A stretch of 64,000 nt of DNA. Source: Anaerohalosphaeraceae bacterium. Lineage in GTDB: Bacteria; Planctomycetota; Phycisphaerae; Sedimentisphaerales; Anaerohalosphaeraceae. A program made the translations under genes and the position numbers. The first letter of the stretch is position 1. Every line of letters starts with the position of its first letter. This document shows, piece after piece, positions 30,664 through 40,361 of the stretch. The DNA lies in contig JBNRMN010000073.1 in NCBI GenBank assembly GCA_050309605.1, positions 14,240 through 78,239 on the forward strand. The letters run 5' to 3'. The notes beneath the pieces are model-generated. The model made no database searches, had not been told where the DNA came from, and saw only the letters and a list, made by a program, of their open reading frames with translations.

Positions 30664-32122
30664 TGGCGGTGATTTTATCGATTTTGAAACATCCCAGCGT
30701 GTTGACCAGACTGAAAAAATCCGAGGGATTGCCGTCGCCGACGGCCAGTGAGATATGCCCCGGACCGAAGCCGTCGGGCGCCCGGGTGGCGTCCAATCCA
30801 AGCCATTGACCGGCGACATACACTTCGGTCCACATGTGGCCGCCAAAGACGCTCTTTTGGCCGATGAATGAATCGACATAGACCACGCCGCACACGACCC
30901 GCGCCGGGATGCCGACGGCTCGGCACATCGCCGCGGCCAGCACGGCATGTTCGCTGCAATCACCCTGACGGCTTCGCGCCACTTCGGCGGCTGAGGCGTA
31001 CCCGATAGAAAGGTCTTTGGTGGTAATATAGCCGTTCACGAACGATTCGATCTGGCGAGCGGCTTTGAGCGTCTCGGTGGTCGAACCGATGGCGGCCGCG
31101 GCCAGTTCCTGAACCTTTTCGTCGTCGCTTTGCAGGTATTCGGTCGGCTTGATCGCCGCCAGTGCTTCGGCGTCATCGCCGCTATAGGGCAGGGTCGTGT
31201 CCGACGCGGGCACTGCCGGCTGAACGGTGACCACGATCCGTCCATTGTCCTTTCTGACGGTTTGGTTGGAGGTGGACGGAATCGTCAACGGCCCCTCGCA
31301 GGTTGGCGTCAATTCATATTGAATCGACGCTTTTTGGCCGATGCCGGTCAATTCAGCCGGACTTTTTATGCTGAGCCGATCGAGGAAGTCCACTACATCG
31401 TCATCGCGCAGGGCAAACGCCTTGTCGCACTGAATCATCTCGAGGGTCATGCCCATCATCGGCACCAGACTTTTGAGGGCTTTTATTTCGTTGTCCACGT
31501 AACTGGTTACGGTAATCGGCTGGCCGGGCACATGCATGGTCACCTTCACGTCGGTCAATTCCACCACCCGCCCGAACAAATCCACGTTTGTTTTGGCGCC
31601 GACCTGAACCGACGCTTTGATTGCCCTTCGCATATCAGGGCGAAAGATTTCAACCTCATACGTATGCCCTTCGGCCAGGCCGTGCTGCTCCTGCAGCAGC
31701 CGCATTCCCTGGCTGAGCAGCGCTCCGGCGGGCCAATCCATCACAACCTGCTGCTGTTGTGCCATGGCTTCGGTGGTGATGGTGACTTTGCCGTCGGCGA
31801 TTTGGCCGATGTGGGTTTGTTCAATGCCGCTCATATTGAGCCGCATCTCAAAGCCCAGCGGCTTGCCGTCGAGGGTTTCGTAGTGGATTTCGGTGGATTC
31901 GATTTTGACCGCCTGTCCGCCTCGCCCCAGCGTCATCGTCAAACGTTCGCTCGTGGTTACTTTGGTGCCTTCGATGGAACGGGTGTGCTCGGCGTGACCG
32001 ATCTTTTTGCCTTCGAGCAAAATCGCCAGATAGTCTTTTTCTTCCTGGGTCTGTGCCGTGCCAATTGCCGACAGACAAAGACTCAACGCGATAAACAGCC
32101 TGATCATTCGCTCATTCTTCAC
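30635..32122 (-). CDS. Secreted transglutaminase-like domain protein
   Basis: Signal peptide; GDCSEHA (Cys), RAVGIPARVV, GHMW (His), LDAT (Asp). Confidence 0.88.
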   Translation of the reverse strand: MKNERMIRLFIALSLCLSAIGTAQTQEEKDYLAILLEGKKIGHAEHTRSIEGTKVTTSERLTMTLGRGGQAVKIESTEIHYETLDGKPLGFEMRLNMSGIEQTHIGQIADGKVTITTEAMAQQQQVVMDWPAGALLSQGMRLLQEQHGLAEGHTYEVEIFRPDMRRAIKASVQVGAKTNVDLFGRVVELTDVKVTMHVPGQPITVTSYVDNEIKALKSLVPMMGMTLEMIQCDKAFALRDDDVVDFLDRLSIKSPAELTGIGQKASIQYELTPTCEGPLTIPSTSNQTVRKDNGRIVVTVQPAVPASDTTLPYSGDDAEALAAIKPTEYLQSDDEKVQELAAAAIGSTTETLKAARQIESFVNGYITTKDLSIGYASAAEVARSRQGDCSEHAVLAAAMCRAVGIPARVVCGVVYVDSFIGQKSVFGGHMWTEVYVAGQWLGLDATRAPDGFGPGHISLAVGDGNPSDFFSLVNTLGCFKIDKITANAKTEKAEN

Positions 32123-32312
32123 TATTGTACCCTTTCATTTGATGCCGCCGGATACTGCCGGCCGCAGTGATTACGGTTTTTGCATTACACCTGTTTTGTA
32201 CGTACAGACGTTTGACCCTCTTTGTCTATTGTACCTTTTAGCGGACAAAACTCAATGAAAAGCGAAAAGAAATAAGCTTTTCAAGAGCAGGAACTTGGGG
32301 TATTGTTCATTG

Positions 32313-33482
32313 ATGGACACACAACCGCACATATCGACGACGCCTTTGCCGCCGCTGAGCGTCAGCGTGCTGACGGGCGGCGGTCCGTCGGCAATCGCCA
32401 GCGTGGCCCTTTGCGGACGGGATGCCGAGCGGATCGTTCGGAATCTTTTCAGGCGATCTTTGCCGGCTTGCGGCCGACTGGCCTTTGGGGCGCTTCAAGA
32501 CGGGGATACGGTGATTGACAGCATTGTCCTGGGGCGTGAACGGGCGGATTGCTTTGTGGTGCACTGCCACGGCAATCCGCTGTTGGTTGAGCATATTGTG
32601 CGGGTTTGTCAGCGTTATGGCGCGCAGCTTCAGTCGGCCGATGAATGCCTGTTTGGGCAATTGCAGGGCGCCTGTCGCACGCGGATTGAGGCCGAGGCCC
32701 GTCTGGCAATGACACGAGCGGCGACGCGGGAGGGGGTCGAGCTGATTGCCGGACAAATCGAGGGCGGCCTGTCGGCCTGGGCGAGGGACTGGATTGAATC
32801 CAAGTCATTTGAAATCAATCAGTTACACAAAGAATGTGCGACCGTTCTTCGGCGGAGCAAAACAGCTCGACTGCTCATTGAGGGCGTGCGGATCGGGTTG
32901 CTGGGTCCGCCCAACAGCGGAAAAAGTACGTTGTTGAACCAGCTGGCCGCCGAGAATGCGGCGATTGTATCGGATTCGGCCGGAACGACGCGGGATTGGG
33001 TCTCGACGACGTGTCGAATCGGGCCGCTCAGAGCGGAGGTGATTGACACTGCCGGCCTGGATACGACATTGGCGGTGGACAATGTACTGGATCGAGCCGC
33101 TCAACAAGCGGCTGTTGAGGCTGCCAAGACGTGCGATCTGGTTCTTCATATACGGGATTGCACGCAGCGGCATCCTTTGGTTGTGCCGATGACGGTCTCA
33201 GCGGCTGGTCTGACTGTCTATACCAAAAGCGATCTGCTGCCGAATCAAAAGGCCTTTTCGCCCGACACGTCCGAACCGTGGGTGCTGGTCAGTGCCCTGA
33301 CCGGCCGGGGGGTGGAGGCGCTATGCCGGGCGATTCTTGCCGTGTTAAAAATCGATTCACTTGAGCCGCACTTGCCGATTTGTTTTACCGACCGACAACG
33401 AACCTGCCTTCAAACCCTTGCGGCAAGTGATTGTGAAGTTATTATAAAAAAAGAACTTACATCGCTTATCGGGGCGGGCTGA
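32313..33482 (+). CDS. MnmE/TrmE-like GTPase, short variant
   Basis: TrmE_N-like start (HCHG), GPPNSGKS, GTTRD, DTAG, TKSD, SAL. Confidence 0.8.
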   Translation: MDTQPHISTTPLPPLSVSVLTGGGPSAIASVALCGRDAERIVRNLFRRSLPACGRLAFGALQDGDTVIDSIVLGRERADCFVVHCHGNPLLVEHIVRVCQRYGAQLQSADECLFGQLQGACRTRIEAEARLAMTRAATREGVELIAGQIEGGLSAWARDWIESKSFEINQLHKECATVLRRSKTARLLIEGVRIGLLGPPNSGKSTLLNQLAAENAAIVSDSAGTTRDWVSTTCRIGPLRAEVIDTAGLDTTLAVDNVLDRAAQQAAVEAAKTCDLVLHIRDCTQRHPLVVPMTVSAAGLTVYTKSDLLPNQKAFSPDTSEPWVLVSALTGRGVEALCRAILAVLKIDSLEPHLPICFTDRQRTCLQTLAASDCEVIIKKELTSLIGAG

Positions 33483-33624
33483 AATTGATTTGTACGCCGC
33501 GGCCCTGCCGGTTAGCCTCTGCTGCACGACGGCGGGGGGATAATGTGAAAGTTATTGCATCGTTTGGTCGAAAACAGTATGATACGACTTTACGAGTTTA
33601 TTTATGGAGATGTGAGCTATCGTG

Positions 33625-35022
33625 ATGCAAGACGACACTTTTGATGCCGGACTTGAGAAGGCCCGGGCTTTCTTTGCTCGTGCAGAGGAAGTGGCCTCAA
33701 CGGACAATTTTGACTATGCGATTGATCTGTACCTTGAGGGGTTGCGGTTTGCGCCCGATGCGCTGGAGGATGGACACGCGCCGCTGCGCAGACTGTCGCT
33801 GATTCGTCAGGGCAAGGGCGGCAAGAAGCCTTCAATGCTGGAAATAATCCGGCATAAAGGGGGCAAACTGCCGCAGGATGAGATGCTCAACGCCGAGTTT
33901 CTGCTGGCCAAGGATCCGGATAATCTGGGCTATGCCGAAGCGATGCTCAAGGCGGCGGTCGCTGGCGGGCATCACCGTACCGCGGAATGGATTGCCCATC
34001 TGATTTTTGAGGCGAACAAGGCGTCTCGAAAACCGAGTTTTTCGACCTTTATTTTACTGAAGGATTCGTACGCCAAACTGCAAATGTTTTCCAGAGCCGT
34101 TGCGGCCTGTGAGGCGGCGCTTCAGGTGCGTCCCAATGACGATCAGTTGCGCAACGAATTGCGGGATTTATGTGCCAGTATGACGATGGAAAAGGGCAAA
34201 TACGGCCAGACCGCCGATTTTCGCGGGTCCATTCGCGACAAAGAAGCCCAGGATCGACTGCACAGTCAGGAAGCCGTGGTCAAGTCCGCCCAAACGCGAC
34301 AGGATGCGGTGGAAATGGCTCGAAAACGTCTTCGGGAGGGTCGTGTTTCGTCGGTCAATGTGCTGGATCTGGCTGATGCACTGGCGGATTTGGAAACCGA
34401 AGAGGGCTATCAAGAGGCCTTTGGTGTGTTGAATCAGTATTATGAGCAGACACGCGATTTTTCGTTCAAACGGCGATTAGGCGAGTTGAAACTGCGCCAA
34501 CTGCGGTACGGGATTCGGGCGATTAACGAGCAGCTCAAAAGTGAGCCTCAAAACGCCGAACTGAAGGAAAAGCAGGCTCAACTGGTCGCGGCGATGGAGC
34601 GGGAAGAGCTGGAACATTATCGGCTTTGTCAGGAAAACTACCCAACGGATTTGCGGTTCAAATACGAATATGGTCGTTGTCTGGTGCGCGCTCAGCAGTT
34701 TGACCAAGCCATTCCGCTTTTCCAGGAGGCTCAGCGTGATCCCAAACTGCGGCTGATTTCGATGGATAAAATCGGATTGTGCTTTCTTTTGAAGGGTTGG
34801 TATGAGGATGCGATTGATATTTTTCAAAAAGCCCTCTCGGAGTGCCCCAACCAGGAAAGCCCGGTGGCAAAAGACATAAGATACAATCTGGCAAGAAGTT
34901 ACGAAGCTTTTGACAGAAAAAAAGAAGCCCTGGAAATGTACCGCAAACTGGCCCAGGTGGATTTTGGCTATAAAGATGTCGGACAACGTATTGACAATTT
35001 GCGAAAAGATGTTACAAAATAG
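33625..35022 (+). CDS. Tetratricopeptide repeat protein
   Basis: Helical repeats; C-terminal RYNLARSYE...AQVDFGYKDV..R. Confidence 0.8.
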   Translation: MQDDTFDAGLEKARAFFARAEEVASTDNFDYAIDLYLEGLRFAPDALEDGHAPLRRLSLIRQGKGGKKPSMLEIIRHKGGKLPQDEMLNAEFLLAKDPDNLGYAEAMLKAAVAGGHHRTAEWIAHLIFEANKASRKPSFSTFILLKDSYAKLQMFSRAVAACEAALQVRPNDDQLRNELRDLCASMTMEKGKYGQTADFRGSIRDKEAQDRLHSQEAVVKSAQTRQDAVEMARKRLREGRVSSVNVLDLADALADLETEEGYQEAFGVLNQYYEQTRDFSFKRRLGELKLRQLRYGIRAINEQLKSEPQNAELKEKQAQLVAAMEREELEHYRLCQENYPTDLRFKYEYGRCLVRAQQFDQAIPLFQEAQRDPKLRLISMDKIGLCFLLKGWYEDAIDIFQKALSECPNQESPVAKDIRYNLARSYEAFDRKKEALEMYRKLAQVDFGYKDVGQRIDNLRKDVTK

Positions 35023-35114
35023 CGTTTCGTCTGTCGGCCCGGGTTGATGTCCGGGTACGGATCTGACTTAACTAAGAACCAGATATAAACGTAACGCGAA
35101 TACAGGAGTTAAAC

Positions 35115-35390
35115 GTGGCACATTCATTATCGGCCCAAAAACGTGTTCGTCAGAACGCCAAAGCACGGCTTCGCAACCGAGCGCGCAAGAGTATGGTTAA
35201 AACCCAGGTCAAACGGTTTGAGCAGACGCTGGCGTCAGGTGATCTGAACGCGGCCCAAGAGCAGCTTCGGCTGCTGACAAAGAAGCTCGACAAAGTGGCA
35301 TCCACCAGTACGATGCACAAAAACACCGCCTCGCGGATGAAATCCCGCTTGACGCGGCGTTTGAATGCCCTGCGTGAAAAGGTCAGTTGA
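35115..35390 (+). CDS. rpsT: 30S ribosomal protein S20
   Basis: MAHSLSAQKRVRQN..R.RNR, HKNTASRMKSRL. Confidence 0.95.
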   Translation: MAHSLSAQKRVRQNAKARLRNRARKSMVKTQVKRFEQTLASGDLNAAQEQLRLLTKKLDKVASTSTMHKNTASRMKSRLTRRLNALREKVS

Positions 35391-35420
35391 TATTACGGAC
35401 TGTGTGAATCAGAAGTTTCG

Positions 35421-35460
35421 GCGTCTTGGCGATGGGGTCATATCGGCAAGACGCTTTTTT
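35421..35460 (+). terminator. Rho-independent terminator between rpsT and rnr
   Basis: GCGTCTTG...CAAGACGC + T6. Confidence 0.7.
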
Positions 35461-35481
35461 ATTGACCCCGGGTTCTGAAGC

Positions 35482-37683
35482 GTGGAACTGCTGAAACGAC
35501 AAATCTTGACGGCGCTGTCGCGTCGGGACTATTCGCCGCAGCCGGCGCGCCGTCTGGCCGAGAGCCTGGGGCTGGGCGGTGATGACTATCCGGCGTTTCA
35601 GAAGGCACTGGAAAGCCTGCGTCAAAACAGTCAGATTGCGCTGGATGCCAAGAAGAACGTCACGCTGCCGCCAATGGGCAACCGCGTGATCGGGACGTTT
35701 CGGGCCAATGCCCGCGGGTTCGGATTTATCGTGCCGCTGGAACCGAATGCGTACGGTGATTTGTATGTGGCGCCGACGGATACGGCCGGGGCGATGAGCA
35801 ATGATATTGTGGTGGCGCGGGCGGTCAAGAAGGGGATGCGCGACGGCCAGAGACGGTATTCGGGCGTCATTCTTGATATTGTCGAACGCGGAGGGGCGCG
35901 GTTTGTCGGCACGCTCCAGCGCAATGCGGACACGTGGTTTGTCGAACCGGAAGGCAGGGGGTATTTCGCTCCGATTTTGGTGGACGACGCCGCATCCAGC
36001 GGCGCCCGCGAGAATGACAAAGTGGTGCTGGAGATTGTCAGCTATCCCCGTCGCAATGAGCCGGCCACCGGCGCGATCGTGGAGGTCATCGGCAAGGCCG
36101 GGCAGTACGATTCGGAGCTGCAATCGATTATCGCCCAGTATGATTTGCCCACGGCGTTTCCCGAAAGCTGCCTTGAGCAGGCCCGCCGGGTGACACAGGA
36201 CTACAATCCGGACGCGGCCCAAAATCGGGCGGATTTGACCGAAGAAGTCATTGTTACGATTGATCCGCCGGACGCGAAAGATTTCGATGATGCCATCAGT
36301 CTGCGCAAAGACCGCGACGGCCACTGGCAACTGGGCGTGCACATCGCCGACGTGAGCGGCTTTATTCCGATGGATTCGCCGCTGGACATTGAGGCGCGAA
36401 AACGCGGCAACAGCGTTTATTTGCCGCTGAAGGTGCTGCCGATGCTGCCGGAGGTGCTCAGCAACGGGATATGCAGTCTTCAGCCGCAGCAAAAGCGGTT
36501 TGTCAAAAGCGCTTATATTACGTATGACGCTGAAGGCAACGTCTTAGGCACGGAATTTGACAACAGCGTGATCCACTCTGCGGCGCGACTGACCTATCAG
36601 CAGGCCGACCGGATTCTCAAAGGACACGCGGCCGGTTTTTCGGGGCCGGTCGTGGCGCTGCTGAAAGATATGGAGACGCTGGCGCGGGCGATTGAACACC
36701 GTCGGCAAAAGCAGGGAATGCTGCATCTGGATCTGCCGGAGACAGAACTGGTCTTTGACAAGGCTGGTCGGGTGGTCGATGCCGAGCCGGCCGATACGAG
36801 CTATCCGCATACGATTATCGAGATGTTTATGGTCGAGGCCAATGAGGCGGTTGCGGCGCTGCTGGATCGGTTTGGCGTCCCGTTTATGCGGCGGATTCAC
36901 CCGGCGCCGGATGCCTTTACCACAAAGAATCTTGCGCGGTTTGTCAAGCTGTGCGGACTGAAGGTGCCGCGGCATCTGGATCGGGCGGCGATTCAGGATT
37001 TGCTGGAGGCCGTTCGGGGGACGCCGGCGGAATACGCTGTTAATAGGCACGTGCTGCGCAGTATGCAGCGGGCGGAGTATTCGCCGTTGCATATCGGACA
37101 TTTTGCACTGGCTTCGAAACATTATTGTCATTTTACCAGTCCGATTCGGCGGTATGCGGATTTGATGGTGCATCGGCTGCTGAATTGCTATATCGAAGGA
37201 CGGCTCAATAAGATCGGGCTGGAGGAGGTGCTGCCGGAAGGCGAGTTGATCGAGATCGGAAAGCATATTACTTTTTCCGAGCAGCAGGCCGAGGATGCCG
37301 AGAATGAACTCAAGACGGTGCTGATTTTGCAAATGCTCAGCAAACGCATCGGCGACGAGTTGAATTGTGTGGTGTCGGGGCTGACCAATTTCGGGGTGTT
37401 TGTCCAGTGCCTGAAATTCGGCATTGAAGGGATGATCGAGCCGGGGGATTTGGGGATGGATGAGTGGAAGTATGACCAGCGTGCCCAAGCGGTCATCGGG
37501 CGATGGTCGGGACAAAGCGTGCATTTGGGTCAGCCGATGAAAGTCCGCATCGCAGCGGTGAATCTGCCGAGTCGGCAATTGTTTCTGACGCCGGCTGAGC
37601 CGCTTGTCGCGTCACGGCCGGGACGATCGAGTCGTAAAAATATGCGAAAGTCCGGTCGAAAGCCCAAACGATCAAAACGCTGA
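35482..37683 (+). CDS. rnr: Ribonuclease R
   Basis: GFGF cold-shock domain, TIDPPDAKDFDDAIS, HIADVS, HFTSPIRRYADL, S1 domain, basic tail. Confidence 0.95.
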   Translation: MELLKRQILTALSRRDYSPQPARRLAESLGLGGDDYPAFQKALESLRQNSQIALDAKKNVTLPPMGNRVIGTFRANARGFGFIVPLEPNAYGDLYVAPTDTAGAMSNDIVVARAVKKGMRDGQRRYSGVILDIVERGGARFVGTLQRNADTWFVEPEGRGYFAPILVDDAASSGARENDKVVLEIVSYPRRNEPATGAIVEVIGKAGQYDSELQSIIAQYDLPTAFPESCLEQARRVTQDYNPDAAQNRADLTEEVIVTIDPPDAKDFDDAISLRKDRDGHWQLGVHIADVSGFIPMDSPLDIEARKRGNSVYLPLKVLPMLPEVLSNGICSLQPQQKRFVKSAYITYDAEGNVLGTEFDNSVIHSAARLTYQQADRILKGHAAGFSGPVVALLKDMETLARAIEHRRQKQGMLHLDLPETELVFDKAGRVVDAEPADTSYPHTIIEMFMVEANEAVAALLDRFGVPFMRRIHPAPDAFTTKNLARFVKLCGLKVPRHLDRAAIQDLLEAVRGTPAEYAVNRHVLRSMQRAEYSPLHIGHFALASKHYCHFTSPIRRYADLMVHRLLNCYIEGRLNKIGLEEVLPEGELIEIGKHITFSEQQAEDAENELKTVLILQMLSKRIGDELNCVVSGLTNFGVFVQCLKFGIEGMIEPGDLGMDEWKYDQRAQAVIGRWSGQSVHLGQPMKVRIAAVNLPSRQLFLTPAEPLVASRPGRSSRKNMRKSGRKPKRSKR

Positions 37684-37747
37684 AAACAACAATAGCGGAT
37701 TAAAAATCCGCGTGTCCATATGAACCTCAGACAGCAAGGACGTAATA

Positions 37748-37942
37748 ATGGCAAACAAAAACTGCAAAGGACATGAATACCATTTGTGTGAACTGCACCG
37801 ACAGGAATTGCATAAGAAGGACCCGAACGCTTACGCGCATCTGGTGCGCGAGCCGAAATATGTCTGCAAAAACTGCGGGCGGGTCGCCGCCGGACAGGCC
37901 CATCTCTGCGCGCCGGTTCTGCTGGGTACATGGGACGATTAG
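37748..37942 (+). CDS. Small Cys/His-rich putative metal-binding protein
   Basis: AAGGA RBS; HLC...YVCKNCGRVA....HLCAP. Confidence 0.7.
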   Translation: MANKNCKGHEYHLCELHRQELHKKDPNAYAHLVREPKYVCKNCGRVAAGQAHLCAPVLLGTWDD

Positions 37943-38142
37943 GCTCGACGTTACATGACGGTGAAGCGTTGAGCACTGCACAAAGGTGCATTTGATGCGT
38001 AGAGGAGAGAGCGGGGCCGGTTAAACAAAACAAAAATGGCCTTAAAAGACAGTTTTTTCTGTTTTGGGGGTTGTTCCGAGAAGCGGTTTTTGTATAATAG
38101 TAGGTTTGAATCGAATATGACCCTAATTTGAGGAGAATAGCG

Positions 38143-38400
38143 ATGTGTGATACATGCGGCTGCGGCGAAAAAAGCTTTGAAGCCAAAGTAAGCGAAGTGA
38201 TTGATTCGATTCGTCCGATGCTTCAAAATGACGGCGGCGACATCGAATTGGTCGGCGTGGATGCGGACAAAACCGTCAAGGTGCGTCTGCAGGGCGCGTG
38301 CCGGGGGTGTCCGGGCGCCCAGATGACCTTGAAAATGGGCGTGGAGCGTCTGCTGAAGCAGAAGATCTCCGAGGTCAAGGAAGTGGTTGCGGTGAACTGA
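38143..38400 (+). CDS. NifU/Nfu family Fe-S carrier protein
   Basis: IRPMLQNDGGDIELV, LQGACRGCP, TLKMGVER; GAGGAG RBS. Confidence 0.92.
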   Translation: MCDTCGCGEKSFEAKVSEVIDSIRPMLQNDGGDIELVGVDADKTVKVRLQGACRGCPGAQMTLKMGVERLLKQKISEVKEVVAVN

Positions 38401-38428
38401 GTCGGCCTTTTAGTGTTGATCAGCTGCT

Positions 38429-39370
38429 ATGTCTGAAATATCAAACGCCGAGACAGCGCGCCTCAGACACGTCATTGTGATTATTCCGGCTTACAATGAG
38501 CAGGAACAAATCCAACAGACCGTTGAGGGGATCAAGTCCCTGTCGGCGGAGTTTGAAAACCGCGGGCTGAGTCTTCAGACGTATGTGATTGACGATGGGT
38601 CGTCGGATCAAACGGGTCAACGGGCCAAAGCGGCCGGCTGCGACCGGCTGCTTCGACATAAGACCAACCTCGGACTGGGCGCGGCGGTGCGGACGGGGCT
38701 GTATGCCGCCGCTCGCGACGGGACCGACATCGCCGTTAAATTCGACGCCGACGGCCAACATAACCCGGCCGACATCCTGCCGCTGATTGCCCCTATCCTG
38801 GACGACGAGGCCGAGGTGGTCTATGGCAATCGGTTTGCCAAAATTGAATACACGATGCCGTTTGTGCGGCGGATGGGCAATCGAATTTTTACCTGGCTGA
38901 TGCGGACGCTGACCGGCTGGCCGCTGCGCGACAGTCAGCCGGGCATCTTCGCCGTCAGTAAAGATTATCTCCGTGTGTTTCATCTGCCCGGCGATTATAA
39001 CTATACGCAGCAAATTCTCCTGGATGCTTATCATAAGGGGATGCGGTTTGCGCATGTGCCGGTGTCGTTTCGCCGGCGAACGACGGGCAGTTCGTTTGTT
39101 TCGCTGAAGTATCCGTTTAAGGTGCTGCCGCAACTGCTGATGGTGTTAATCAGCGTCAAGCCGTTCAAGATATTCGGACCGGTCGGCGGCGGTTTTCTGG
39201 CGGTGGCGGTGCTGATCGCGGTGCTGGAGATGGGCCTGTGGCTGGGCGGGCGGTTGACCAAGCCGGTTGAGCATGTGAATTTCGTGATGGGGTTCGGTTT
39301 GTTCGGCCTGCAAACACTGTTTTTCGGGTTGCTGGCTGAGCTGATTGTACGGCAAAACAAGCGGCCGTAA
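38429..39370 (+). CDS. Glycosyltransferase family 2 (polyprenol-phosphate sugar synthase-like, two C-terminal TMs)
   Basis: IIPAYNEQ, IDDGSSD, FDADGQH, DSQPG. Confidence 0.9.
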   Translation: MSEISNAETARLRHVIVIIPAYNEQEQIQQTVEGIKSLSAEFENRGLSLQTYVIDDGSSDQTGQRAKAAGCDRLLRHKTNLGLGAAVRTGLYAAARDGTDIAVKFDADGQHNPADILPLIAPILDDEAEVVYGNRFAKIEYTMPFVRRMGNRIFTWLMRTLTGWPLRDSQPGIFAVSKDYLRVFHLPGDYNYTQQILLDAYHKGMRFAHVPVSFRRRTTGSSFVSLKYPFKVLPQLLMVLISVKPFKIFGPVGGGFLAVAVLIAVLEMGLWLGGRLTKPVEHVNFVMGFGLFGLQTLFFGLLAELIVRQNKRP

Positions 39371-39400
39371 GTGTCAGCATTTTCGGACTGACGGAGTGTC

Positions 39401-40339
39401 GTGAGCGTCAACCACAAATACCTGCGTGTGCTGTTTCAAGTGCTCGTGTTTGCCGCGTGCGCATATTATCTGGTGCGCTGCGCGGCGCAGTTGGATGCGT
39501 CGCAGCTTCGCCTTGTCTTTCTGCCGGCGGCGCTAGGCGCGGGGGTGTTGTATTTTTTCTGTACGCTGCTGATGGCGCAGGCGTGGCGGCTGATTGTGTT
39601 GGCGTTTCATCCGGTGAATCTTTCGTTTTCGGCGCTGGCGGCGGTGTACTTTCGCTCAGCACTGGCCAAGTATATCCCGTCCAATGTGATGCACTATGCG
39701 GCACGGCATTATTTGTGCCGGGATCTGGGCATTTCGCAAAAGACGGTACTGGCCGGCAATTTGTTTGAGATTGCCGTGGTTTTGGCTGCGGCGCTGACGC
39801 TGCTGGCGGGGTTTGTTTTTTTTGAGCCGGGGCTGCTGCCGGAGGCGGTCGGGGCGCATCGACTGTTTTTGCGTGCGGCGGTCATCATTGCCGCTGCGGG
39901 TGCGCTGGCGGTGCTGGCGGCGGTGGTTCGGGGAAAGTCAAAGCAGCTTGAGGCCAGGCGATTTTCGCTCAAGGGCCTTGCGGCTGCTTTTGGGCTGGAT
40001 GCGGTGTTTTTGCCGCTGACGGGGCTGGTGCTGGGCGCGCTGTTTTGGGCAATGCGAGTGGGGGTTGTGTTTGACGGCGGGCTGGTCGTACGCATCGTAT
40101 TCGGATACATCGGTGCCTGGACACTCGGATTTGTAACGCCCGGCGCACCGGGGGGATTAGGCGTGCGCGAAGCGACGCTGACAGCGATTCTCGGCCCGAC
40201 GCTTGGACACGACACGGCGCTGCTGGGGGCGCTGCTGTTTCGCCTCTGTACGCTGTGGGGCGAGGTGCTGGGCTATGGGCTGGCGCTGGTGCTGGAGCGG
40301 CGCGATGCAGTGCCGCAAACGGAAGCCTCTTCAACCTGA
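39401..40339 (+). CDS. Lysylphosphatidylglycerol-synthase/flippase-like membrane protein (UPF0104)
   Basis: LAKYIPSN, GFVTPGAPGGLGVRE, multi-TM. Confidence 0.85.
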   Translation: MSVNHKYLRVLFQVLVFAACAYYLVRCAAQLDASQLRLVFLPAALGAGVLYFFCTLLMAQAWRLIVLAFHPVNLSFSALAAVYFRSALAKYIPSNVMHYAARHYLCRDLGISQKTVLAGNLFEIAVVLAAALTLLAGFVFFEPGLLPEAVGAHRLFLRAAVIIAAAGALAVLAAVVRGKSKQLEARRFSLKGLAAAFGLDAVFLPLTGLVLGALFWAMRVGVVFDGGLVVRIVFGYIGAWTLGFVTPGAPGGLGVREATLTAILGPTLGHDTALLGALLFRLCTLWGEVLGYGLALVLERRDAVPQTEASST

Positions 40340-40361
40340 GATGCGTCTTTGCGACCGGACT

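Noticed and set aside
30664..30963. Apparent N-terminal extension of the SagB-like ORF
   Set aside because: It overlaps the transglutaminase catalytic region in another frame and has no domain-like content.
29902..32122. SagB-type dehydrogenase + transglutaminase as a RiPP cluster
   Set aside because: No YcaO, precursor peptide or exporter nearby; stand-alone SagB-like nitroreductases are common.
27329..37578. Long antisense ORFs (27329-28597, 28643-29743, 31130-32170, 35383-36492, 36544-37578)
   Set aside because: They mirror well-supported genes on the opposite strand, have no motifs, and are expected in GC-rich DNA.
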